From the NCBI GenBank assembly GCA_049320885.1, contig JBMORA010000062.1, positions 1-45,204 of the forward strand: 45,204 nucleotides of DNA. The letters run 5' to 3'. The DNA is from Thermodesulfobacteriota bacterium. GTDB taxonomy: Bacteria > Desulfobacterota > Desulfobacteria > Desulfobacterales > SURF-7. Below the pieces are notes generated by a model. It made no database searches and had not been told where the DNA came from. It was given only the letters and a program-made list of their open reading frames with translations. Below, piece after piece: positions 37,597 to 45,204 of the stretch (within the stretch, counting starts at the first letter, position 1; every line of letters starts with the position of its first letter). The translations under genes were made by a program, and so were the position numbers.

Positions 37597-38940
37597 GTGA
37601 GAACACGCATGGATGATCTGCTGCAAAAAGCCCGTGGGCTGCTGACTTCCCCAAGCCCGGCCATGAATGAAAACCATCTGGAGGTATTTGTCCGGTCCTG
37701 CCTCCGGCATCGCGACCTCTTCCTGGATCTCGCCCAAGGGAACAGCTCGCCTTTGTATGCCCTGGATGAAATCCGCCTGATCTCCAAGGCCCATCGCTTC
37801 CGCCGGGTGTTCGAGGAGGCCGTTGGCGCCGTGGACGTATTTTTCGCCATGAAAAGCAACAACATGCCCGATATCTCGCGCATCCTTACCGGCGCGGGCC
37901 TCGGCCTGGATGTATCCAGTGGATTGGAGCTGGAACAGGCCCTGGCAGTCAATGCGCAGCGCATTATCTTCAGCGGTCCCGGAAAAACCGACGACGAATT
38001 GCGCCTGGCCCTGGAACATGCGGGACGGGTGACGGTCCTCCTGGACAGTTTCGGCGAACTGGAGCGTCTGGCGCACCTTTCGGACAAACAAAACCAAACC
38101 ATCCATGCCGGTGTCCGCCTGACCACCAACCCCCATGGACTGTGGCGAAAATTCGGCATCCCCCTGGACCGCCTGGGTGATTTCATGGAGCAGGCGCGGC
38201 AGCATGAGAGGATTTCCCTGTGCGGTCTTCAGTTTCATACCAGCTGGAACCTGACCCCCACGGCCCAGACCGATTTTCTCAAGCAACTGGGGCGGAAACT
38301 TCACGACATGGGGCCGGAATCCAGAAAAAGCCTCCGATTCATTGACATTGGCGGCGGCTACTGGCCGGAACAGGGCGAATGGCTGCGGACCTGCGGCACG
38401 CCGGAAGGCCGGCTGCTGGAGCTGCTGGCGCCGGAGCGGCTGAATCCCCGCCTCCGCCATTGCCTGCGGAGTTCCCCGCTGGAGTTCTTCGCCCAAGCCG
38501 TCGCCACCGTCATCCGCGAGCATTTTCCCAAAGACATGGAGCGCCGCATCTGGCTGGAACCGGGGCGCTGGCTCTGCCATGAAGCCCTGCATCTGCTGAT
38601 GAGGGTGGTGGACGTGAAGGCGCCGGACCTCGTCATCACCGACTGCGGCACCAACGCCGTGGGCTGGGAACGGTTCGAGCAGGATTATTTTCCGGTCATC
38701 AATCTGACCCGTCCGGGGGTTACGGAAAACCCCTGCCACATTTTGGGCTCCCTGTGCACCCCTCATGATGTCTGGGGCTTTTCCTATCATGGGACGGACA
38801 TCCAACCCGGCGACCTGTTGTTGATTCCCACCCAGGGGGCTTACACCTACAGCCTGCGCCAGAATTTCATCAAGCCCCTGCCCCGGATCGCCCGTCTTCC
38901 CGTTGAAGTGGTCCTGGACTGGCCGCCGAATTTTTCCTGA
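37597..38940 (+). CDS. Group IV (alanine-racemase fold) PLP-dependent decarboxylase of the LysA/ODC family
   Basis: FFAMKSNN (PLP Lys), DVSSGLEL, SGPGK, KFG, FH, DIGGG, EPGR, GSLCTPHD, GAY. Confidence 0.9.
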   Translation: MRTRMDDLLQKARGLLTSPSPAMNENHLEVFVRSCLRHRDLFLDLAQGNSSPLYALDEIRLISKAHRFRRVFEEAVGAVDVFFAMKSNNMPDISRILTGAGLGLDVSSGLELEQALAVNAQRIIFSGPGKTDDELRLALEHAGRVTVLLDSFGELERLAHLSDKQNQTIHAGVRLTTNPHGLWRKFGIPLDRLGDFMEQARQHERISLCGLQFHTSWNLTPTAQTDFLKQLGRKLHDMGPESRKSLRFIDIGGGYWPEQGEWLRTCGTPEGRLLELLAPERLNPRLRHCLRSSPLEFFAQAVATVIREHFPKDMERRIWLEPGRWLCHEALHLLMRVVDVKAPDLVITDCGTNAVGWERFEQDYFPVINLTRPGVTENPCHILGSLCTPHDVWGFSYHGTDIQPGDLLLIPTQGAYTYSLRQNFIKPLPRIARLPVEVVLDWPPNFS

Positions 38941-39106
38941 AGGCGGTCCCGGAGTCTTCATCCCCTGTCTGTCCCCTGATTCCGGCTTCCGGATACCGAG
39001 TAGTTACGTGCGGTGATTGACATCCGGACGCCTTTCGGATATTCAGTTGAACCTTGAGATGCGTTTTCATCAAGCAGACCGGTTTCAACATGCAAGGACA
39101 AGGATC

Positions 39107-39856
39107 ATGAGTGACAACCGCGAAGGCCGCCGGGTGGGCATTGCTCAATTCTTTGAAAGCCATCAGCTCGGTTCCTATTTTATCAAATACGTTTATCTGC
39201 TTTTTTTTCTGGAGGCCTTCATCTTTCTGGCGGCTTTTTTGGGGAATCTGGGACCGGACAAGGGACCCTTCCCCTGGAAATTCTATTTCATAGTCTCCTT
39301 TGCGGCGCCCATCGGCATCACTTTCCTGCTGGGCGTCAGCGTCGCAGCCTTCAACCACTATATTTTCGACAAGGACGACGGTCCGGAAACACCCGCCGGC
39401 GCCGATGAACCCGGGCCGAAAAAAAACCGGATCACCTTCCGGCACGCCCTGTTTTCCCTCCGCAGGGCGCCTTTTCTGGCAATCCTGTTCTTCATCCTCA
39501 TCGGCTCCATCCTTTTCTACCATTCCGGCGTCATCTATGTGTATCTCGCCAATGCCGGTGAAAAAGCCGTCCGTTATCTGCTGGCGGCTCTCGGGGCCGC
39601 CCTTTTTCTGGGCGCCGGCGTGGCCGTCGCCTGGATCATCGCCAGCTACAAGCTGAAAAAGAGGCATCTGGACCATGCCTACGAATACAAAAAGGAAGTC
39701 ATGAAGACCATGGGGCTTCTGATCATGGAAGACAATCAAATCCTCGACTCCCACGGCAACCTGATCGCGCCGAAGCAGCCGAAACTCGTCGCCATGGATC
39801 CGGGCGACAGCCGCTATGGCACCATTTCACCCAACAAGAGGCAGATTGCTTCCTAA
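39107..39856 (+). CDS. Uncharacterised integral membrane protein (about 4 TM)
   Basis: Four hydrophobic segments; AAGGA RBS before ATG 39107. Confidence 0.7.
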   Translation: MSDNREGRRVGIAQFFESHQLGSYFIKYVYLLFFLEAFIFLAAFLGNLGPDKGPFPWKFYFIVSFAAPIGITFLLGVSVAAFNHYIFDKDDGPETPAGADEPGPKKNRITFRHALFSLRRAPFLAILFFILIGSILFYHSGVIYVYLANAGEKAVRYLLAALGAALFLGAGVAVAWIIASYKLKKRHLDHAYEYKKEVMKTMGLLIMEDNQILDSHGNLIAPKQPKLVAMDPGDSRYGTISPNKRQIAS

Positions 39857-39893
39857 CGCGGAACCCCGCTCCTTCTGAACGCCGGCGAAATAA

Positions 39894-41381
39894 TCAATGC
39901 ATCTTTTGAAACACCACCATTTGCCGGCAATCTCTGCCCAGTTTTATCAGACTGATGATCACCACGACGAATTCCAGACGCCCCAAAAACATGGCCAGGG
40001 TTTCCGCCCACAGGGCGGTATCCGGCATTGCGGCGGACGTCACGCCGATGGAGATCCCCACCGTTCCGAGCGCGGAAGCGAACTCAAAGAGCGACTCACC
40101 GATACCGAAACCGCAGGCGCACAGAATCAGAACGCCGAAAAGGTAGGTCACCAAGTACAGGAGTACAAAAAACGCGACTTGCCGCACTTTGGCGTCATCC
40201 ATGAAAACACGGCGATTGCCCTCCCAGAGGGAATATTCCAAAACCGCGCTTTGCGGCAGGAGAGAACGTTTCATTTCCCAGACGAACAGTTTCCACAAAA
40301 AGTAGACCCGAAACTGCTTGATACCGCCCGCCGTGGAACAGGTGCCGCCGCCGATCAGCATTAATACGATCAGGATCATCACCCCGAATCCGTTCCAGTC
40401 GCCATAGCCCACAGTGGAAAATCCGGTGGTGGTGATCGCCGATACCGTCTCAAACAAGGCGACGCGCAATGATTTTCCGAGCTGCGGATAAAGCGCGCGG
40501 CAGGTAAAAAAGAACACCGCCGCCGTCGACAAGGGAATGAGCAAACCCAAAAGACGGACTTCGCCGTTGCGTGCAACGAAGCGCAGCCTGCCGCGCCATA
40601 GATACCAGGCGGTGACGAAACTGAGGTTTCCGACCAGCATGAGAGCGATGGTTACCGCTTCGACGGCCGCCGAATTCCAATAGCCGATACTCTCGACATG
40701 CGTGGAAAACCCTCCGGTGGATACGGCGGCAAAGGCATGGTTGACGGCGTCGAAAAACGACATGCCCGCCAGCCGGTACGCCAATGTCCCGACAACCGCG
40801 TAGCAGGTATAGATGATCAAGACCAGCCGGGCCGATCGGCGGACGTGCGGGACGAGTTGATCGCCGCGTCCTTCGGCGCTCGAGATGCCGATTCCGGTGG
40901 GGCCGACAATGGCCGACATCATGATGATGGCCAGCCCGGCTCCACCCGCCAGTTGGACGATGCTGCGCCAAAGCAGGATCATGGGGCCTGCGCCGGCCAC
41001 ATCCAACACCGAAAGTCCGGTGGTAGTCCAGCCGCTCATCGATTCAAACACGGCCCGCGAGAAAGGAAGCCCGGAAACGGCGACAAAGGGCCATGCGGAA
41101 AAGAGAATGACCACGATCCAGCCGATCAGGACGATGATGCCGCCCTCTTGGATCGAAAGGGTTACGTTGTAGGGGGTACGGAACAGTTTCCGCAACACCA
41201 TTCCCGAAATGACGAGACATCCGGCGGGCAGGAGGAAGGCCGACGCGTTTGCCGCTTCCGCCGGATATGCCGGGATGGCCAGGAGCGGGGTCAACATCAG
41301 CAAGCCGGAGGGCAGGAGGATCATGCCGACGAAGGAAAAGACCGCTGTGTAGCGCAGTTTGAGATATTCGTTTTCCCGCAA
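39894..41381 (-). CDS. trkH: TrkH-family potassium uptake membrane protein
   Basis: FESMSGWTTTG, STGGFS, TTTGFS, GGGTCSTAGGIK, SALGTVG, LGRLE. Confidence 0.95.
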   Translation of the reverse strand: MRENEYLKLRYTAVFSFVGMILLPSGLLMLTPLLAIPAYPAEAANASAFLLPAGCLVISGMVLRKLFRTPYNVTLSIQEGGIIVLIGWIVVILFSAWPFVAVSGLPFSRAVFESMSGWTTTGLSVLDVAGAGPMILLWRSIVQLAGGAGLAIIMMSAIVGPTGIGISSAEGRGDQLVPHVRRSARLVLIIYTCYAVVGTLAYRLAGMSFFDAVNHAFAAVSTGGFSTHVESIGYWNSAAVEAVTIALMLVGNLSFVTAWYLWRGRLRFVARNGEVRLLGLLIPLSTAAVFFFTCRALYPQLGKSLRVALFETVSAITTTGFSTVGYGDWNGFGVMILIVLMLIGGGTCSTAGGIKQFRVYFLWKLFVWEMKRSLLPQSAVLEYSLWEGNRRVFMDDAKVRQVAFFVLLYLVTYLFGVLILCACGFGIGESLFEFASALGTVGISIGVTSAAMPDTALWAETLAMFLGRLEFVVVIISLIKLGRDCRQMVVFQKMH

Positions 41382-41392
41382 GGGATCGTCTC

Positions 41393-42055
41393 CTATATCC
41401 GTTGACCCGTAAACACCCTCAATACGGAACCGTGGTTTTCCGGCAGGGTGATAAGCACCACCCGGTCCCCGGCCAGCAATTCGTTGGCTCCCCGGGGAAC
41501 GATGGGGTGATTGTCGCGGATGACCACCGCGACCAGCGCATTCTCGGGCAGGACAATATCCTTCAAAAGCTTCCCCGCCACTGGAGAAGCGGCGTCAAGC
41601 ACAATCTCCGTCACATTGACCCGTCCTTCACCCACCGGCAACAGGTTGATGATCTGATCCAGGGACGCCCGCTGTTCGATCAGGCTGCCGACAATGTGGG
41701 TTGTGGAAAAAGCGGAGACGCCTAATTTCTCGAAAATCTCGGCGTTATCCGGATCATTGGCCAAGGCGATGGCCCGTGGCACGCCGAATTGAATGGCGGA
41801 AAGCTGGCAGATGACCAGGTTGTCCTGATCGTTGGGGGTGATGGCGAGCACCACATCCGCGGACATGGCGCCGGCTTCCTTGAGGGTCGCGGCATCGCTG
41901 CCGTCGCCGCAGACCACCATGGCGGAAAGCTGCCGGGCCAACTGGACACACTCCTGCTGGTTGCGGTTGATGATGACCACCTCGTATCCCTTGGCGGTGA
42001 AGTTCCGGCACAGAAAATACAGGGTCTTGCCGGCACCGACGATCAGCACCTTCAT
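41393..42055 (-). CDS. trkA: TrkA-family RCK-N / RCK-C potassium uptake regulator
   Basis: IVGAGK, GDGSD..L.EAG, TPNDQDN, TrkA_C domain. Confidence 0.92.
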   Translation of the reverse strand: MKVLIVGAGKTLYFLCRNFTAKGYEVVIINRNQQECVQLARQLSAMVVCGDGSDAATLKEAGAMSADVVLAITPNDQDNLVICQLSAIQFGVPRAIALANDPDNAEIFEKLGVSAFSTTHIVGSLIEQRASLDQIINLLPVGEGRVNVTEIVLDAASPVAGKLLKDIVLPENALVAVVIRDNHPIVPRGANELLAGDRVVLITLPENHGSVLRVFTGQRI

Positions 42056-42492
42056 GATTCGGTTGATCCTTTCTCCGCCCGGCCGCTGGCGACTGCCAGA
42101 AAAAACATCTCCGCAGCCACCGATGTCGGGCAGATCGTCTCGATGCCGAGCTGCTCGTAAACCTGCTCCCGCCGGGGATCAAAAACCCTGGCCAGCACAT
42201 GCGGAACGTTGAACAATTTTCGGGCGATCTGGGCCACCATCAGGTTGACGTTGTCCTCGTGCGTCGTAGTGAAACAGACATCGGCCTGTTTCAACTTCGC
42301 CTCCTTCAGCACCGCGATCTGGGTGGCGTCTCCCACGATCCGGAAGCCGCTGAAGTCGGGCGACAGATCTTTGAAAGTGCCCTCGTCCGAATCAATCACC
42401 ACTACCGAATGACCGACACGACTCAACTGGTTCGCCAGATTCGACCCCAGACGCCCGCAGCCGATGATGGCGATGTACAGGTTACGTTTCAT
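42052..42492 (-). CDS. Short TrkA-N (RCK-N only) protein
   Basis: IIGCGRLG, GDAT..LKEA, TTHEDNVN, ARVFDP. Confidence 0.9.
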   Translation of the reverse strand: MKRNLYIAIIGCGRLGSNLANQLSRVGHSVVVIDSDEGTFKDLSPDFSGFRIVGDATQIAVLKEAKLKQADVCFTTTHEDNVNLMVAQIARKLFNVPHVLARVFDPRREQVYEQLGIETICPTSVAAEMFFLAVASGRAEKGSTES

Positions 42493-43208
42493 TCCCTTCC
42501 CCCTTTGCCGCTTGTATCCTCGAGGTTCCTGTCCCTTGTATTCGGTCCGAAATCGATCTTCCCGATCTTGTGCCAGGATGAGATCCGTTCCAGGTTCGTC
42601 CAGGCCGGTTTATAGGTGGGCTCGATGTCCAGAGCCGCTCGATAGAATTTCTGGGCTTCCAGCCGGTCGCCCCTGATCTCATGTAACGCTCCGAAAAGGT
42701 TGTATGCCTCCGGTTGGGCCGGGTCGACGGCGATGGCCTTCCGGACCGTTTCACGGGCGACGGCGAAATCGCGCTCCGAGATGTGCCGCTTGGTCAGCTC
42801 GATCCATTCATGATAATCGGGGTTTCCTGTTGCTTCCAACTTCTCCCGTTCCAGGACCCGCTTCGCCAGCTCGCGGATTTCTCCGGGACTGAAGGGCTTC
42901 TGGATGAAATCCACGGCACCGAGTTTCATGGCCTCCACCGCGGATTCGATGGTTCCGTGTGCCGTAATGATGATCACCCGGGTTTTGGGCCAGTCGTTCT
43001 TGATTTGGCGTAGAACCTCCATGCCGTTCATCCCCGTCATTTTCAAGTCTAGGAAGACCAGCTTGAAGGGACCTTCGCGAAGCTTTTGCAGCGCCTCTTC
43101 ACCGTTCACGGCCGTTTGGACCGGGAGCCCCAACGGCTCCAGGGACTGCGACATGGTAAGACGGATGTTTTTCTCGTCGTCCACGATGAGCATGCGTTTT
43201 TCTTCCAT
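42489..43208 (-). CDS. Response regulator receiver with C-terminal TPR-like helices
   Basis: LIVDDE, FLDLKM, ITAHG, QKPF; then AIAVDPAQPEAYNLFG..A..FYRAALDIEPTY. Confidence 0.9.
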   Translation of the reverse strand: MEEKRMLIVDDEKNIRLTMSQSLEPLGLPVQTAVNGEEALQKLREGPFKLVFLDLKMTGMNGMEVLRQIKNDWPKTRVIIITAHGTIESAVEAMKLGAVDFIQKPFSPGEIRELAKRVLEREKLEATGNPDYHEWIELTKRHISERDFAVARETVRKAIAVDPAQPEAYNLFGALHEIRGDRLEAQKFYRAALDIEPTYKPAWTNLERISSWHKIGKIDFGPNTRDRNLEDTSGKGGRE

Positions 43209-43218
43209 TGGCTTCCTC

Positions 43219-45051
43219 CTATTCGGGTACCGGCAGCGTGAAGGTGAACGTACTGCCCCGACCGGGGGTGGATTCCACCCAGATGGCCCCGCCATGAGCG
43301 CGCACGATCTCTTTACAGATCGCAAGCCCCAGACCCGTTCCGCCGGCGGCCCGCCCTTCCACCTGAACGAATTTTTGAAAAATCCTGGATTGATATTCCA
43401 GGGGGATCCCCGGTCCATCGTCGCGCACGGACAAATGGACATGCGGGCCGATTTTATTCGCCGCAAGCTGGATCCGACCGCCCTTGGGTACATATCGCAA
43501 CGCATTGGAAATCAAGTTGGTCAGCACCCAGGTGATCTTGTTGGCGTCCGCTCGGACCTTCGGCAGTGTCCCGGTGGTCTGTAACGTCAGCGCGACCTCC
43601 TTCATGTCCGCCTGGCTCCTGAAAACCGCCTGGACATGCTCAAAAAGCGTCGTAATCGGTACATTTTCGAACTCCAACTCGATTCTGCCCGCTTCTATCT
43701 TGGACAGATCCAGCAAATCATTGACCAGGGCCTTCATCCGGTGAACTTCCTCATGGGCTGCCTGAAGAAGTTCACGATCCTTTTCGGAAAGGTCCCCGGC
43801 AGTGTGTTCCAGAAGCAGATCCACGCTCATCCCCAGGCTGGTCAACGGCGTACGCAATTCGTGGGAGGCGGCCATGACGAATTCATTCTTGAGCCTTTCC
43901 ACTTCCTTCAGACGAGTGACGTCCCTCAGCAGCAGAACGATCCCGGATAGATGCTGGTCCCGCCCGCGAACCACCGTGATGGAAAAAAGGTAGTGACGTT
44001 CCCCATCCGCTTTGGAGAGGGTGATGATCCGTTGTTCATCCGGAACATTGGGTTGCATACCGGTTTCCACCGTTTTTTGGATCAGCCGGCAGACTTCCGA
44101 GTTCGGAAAAAGGTCGCGGCAATGCAATCCGGGAGGTTCGGAAAAAACCGATTCCAGCATCCGGCGGGCGGCCGGGTTGATGCCGGTGGTCTTGAGCGAC
44201 GGATCGAAAACCACCAGTCCATCCTCGATACTGGTAAGAATGGCCTCCCCCTTGTTTTTTTCCGCGATGATCTGCTCGATGTTGATTTCGTGGTAACGGG
44301 CGAGTTGAGTGGCCATTCGATTGAATTCAGCTGCCAGGCGGCCCAATTCATCGCCGGTTTCCGCCGATACCTGGACAGTGTAGTCACCCGTCGAAATCTT
44401 TCGGGAAGCATCCATGAAACGACGAATCGGCCCGACGATCCGCTCCGCGAGGAACAGGCTGAATATCATGGCCACAATCAATGCCGCCGCCGCTACCAGC
44501 GCCGTGGACCAGATAGCGCGCTCGGCCACAATGCCGGCCCGCACACTGGCCGCGTACATGGTCTCCTCGTTTAGATTGCGCAAACCGATGCAAGATGCGC
44601 GGGCTTTGTTGAACAGAGGATAGACGGTTTCCAGATATAGGGAAGTCGACAAAGGCGGTCTGGCTGCATCGCGCAAGTCGGTCAGCTCGGAAAAGCGGCG
44701 CCGATAGGCCGCGTAATCCTCCTCTATGGATTGGACGAGTTTCGCTTCACCGGCAACCGTGATGTTGTCCTCGGCCCGGGCCAGCCATTCAAGAAAGGCC
44801 GCCTCATGCTCACGAAATCGGGCCACCCCCGCCTCCGCATCTCCAAGAAACATCAGCAAAATTCCGCTGTCCTGACGCTCCAATGCATCCACCATATTCT
44901 CGGCGGCAAGGATGCTCCGGTAATTCTCACTCAGGATCGCGTTGGTGGCATTGCCGAGGGAGACAAGATTGGTGATGGCCCAAACGACCACAAGTCCCAT
45001 GAGGGCAAAAGCGAAGCCGTATCCGATCAATATTTTCTTTTTCAGTGTCAT
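43219..45051 (-). CDS. Membrane sensor histidine kinase (periplasmic helical sensor, HAMP, PAS, HisKA, HATPase)
   Basis: Two TM segments, GDELGRLA HAMP, ASHELRTPL, NLISNA, DDGPGI, GTGLGL; start at MTLKKKIL. Confidence 0.95.
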   Translation of the reverse strand: MTLKKKILIGYGFAFALMGLVVVWAITNLVSLGNATNAILSENYRSILAAENMVDALERQDSGILLMFLGDAEAGVARFREHEAAFLEWLARAEDNITVAGEAKLVQSIEEDYAAYRRRFSELTDLRDAARPPLSTSLYLETVYPLFNKARASCIGLRNLNEETMYAASVRAGIVAERAIWSTALVAAAALIVAMIFSLFLAERIVGPIRRFMDASRKISTGDYTVQVSAETGDELGRLAAEFNRMATQLARYHEINIEQIIAEKNKGEAILTSIEDGLVVFDPSLKTTGINPAARRMLESVFSEPPGLHCRDLFPNSEVCRLIQKTVETGMQPNVPDEQRIITLSKADGERHYLFSITVVRGRDQHLSGIVLLLRDVTRLKEVERLKNEFVMAASHELRTPLTSLGMSVDLLLEHTAGDLSEKDRELLQAAHEEVHRMKALVNDLLDLSKIEAGRIELEFENVPITTLFEHVQAVFRSQADMKEVALTLQTTGTLPKVRADANKITWVLTNLISNALRYVPKGGRIQLAANKIGPHVHLSVRDDGPGIPLEYQSRIFQKFVQVEGRAAGGTGLGLAICKEIVRAHGGAIWVESTPGRGSTFTFTLPVPE

Positions 45052-45204
45052 GGACTTTCCATCCTTGCATCCGGTTACCGAATATGCGGAGCAACGAGCA
45101 TGCCAGGATTCGTTACCATATTTACAATAGGTTACAATAAAATAGCCTGGGATGGTCTTGAAAATTGAAAGGTCGGAGAGAAGCGGCCTTGCAAACTGCA
45201 AGGC

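Noticed and set aside
37597..38940. Assigning gene symbols lysA (here) and speD (34885-35283)
   Set aside because: Family membership is clear, but the specificity motifs deviate, so symbols were withheld.
36928..38961. 677-aa minus-strand ORF
   Set aside because: Antisense to the ATP-grasp and PLP decarboxylase genes, which have clear motifs.

Overview
This is a gene-dense, GC-rich bacterial chromosomal window. It most likely comes from an anaerobic Desulfobacterota/deltaproteobacterium, inferred from rubrerythrin, desulfoferrodoxin, a class III cytochrome c, a stand-alone spd-type EF-G and sigma54 regulation. From left to right it holds: (1) the 3' end of a REP-associated tyrosine transposase; (2) a minus-strand oxygen-defence cluster (hypothetical, rbr, dfx, rubredoxin-like, flavodoxin, Cys-rich mini-protein, cydAB, triheme cytochrome, flavoprotein-ArsC fusion); (3) Hsp20, two GT2 glycosyltransferases, a heptamer-built palindrome and azlCD; (4) fusA with a RecA-fold ATPase, a hybrid kinase and a lipoprotein; (5) an enolase-alpha/beta-hydrolase fusion and carboxy(nor)spermidine dehydrogenase/decarboxylase; (6) the RimK-related protease/7TM/ligase trio, an enoyl-CoA hydratase, an ATP-grasp/esterase pair and a double CDP-alcohol phosphotransferase; (7) a coiled-coil lipoprotein and a degenerate 5'-nucleotidase fused to a probable outer-membrane barrel; (8) a Trk K+ uptake cluster with a two-component system. 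The best candidate for an undescribed system is 32.7-39.9 kb. There a sigma54 activator is divergent from a clear -24/-12 promoter with three palindromic candidate enhancers. The promoter drives a charged mini-protein, an atypical pyruvoyl decarboxylase (SpeD-like), a GNAT, an ATP-grasp ligase and a CTPxD-type PLP decarboxylase. I saw no rRNA, tRNA or CRISPR array. All family calls come from motif recognition by eye; no database searches were run.
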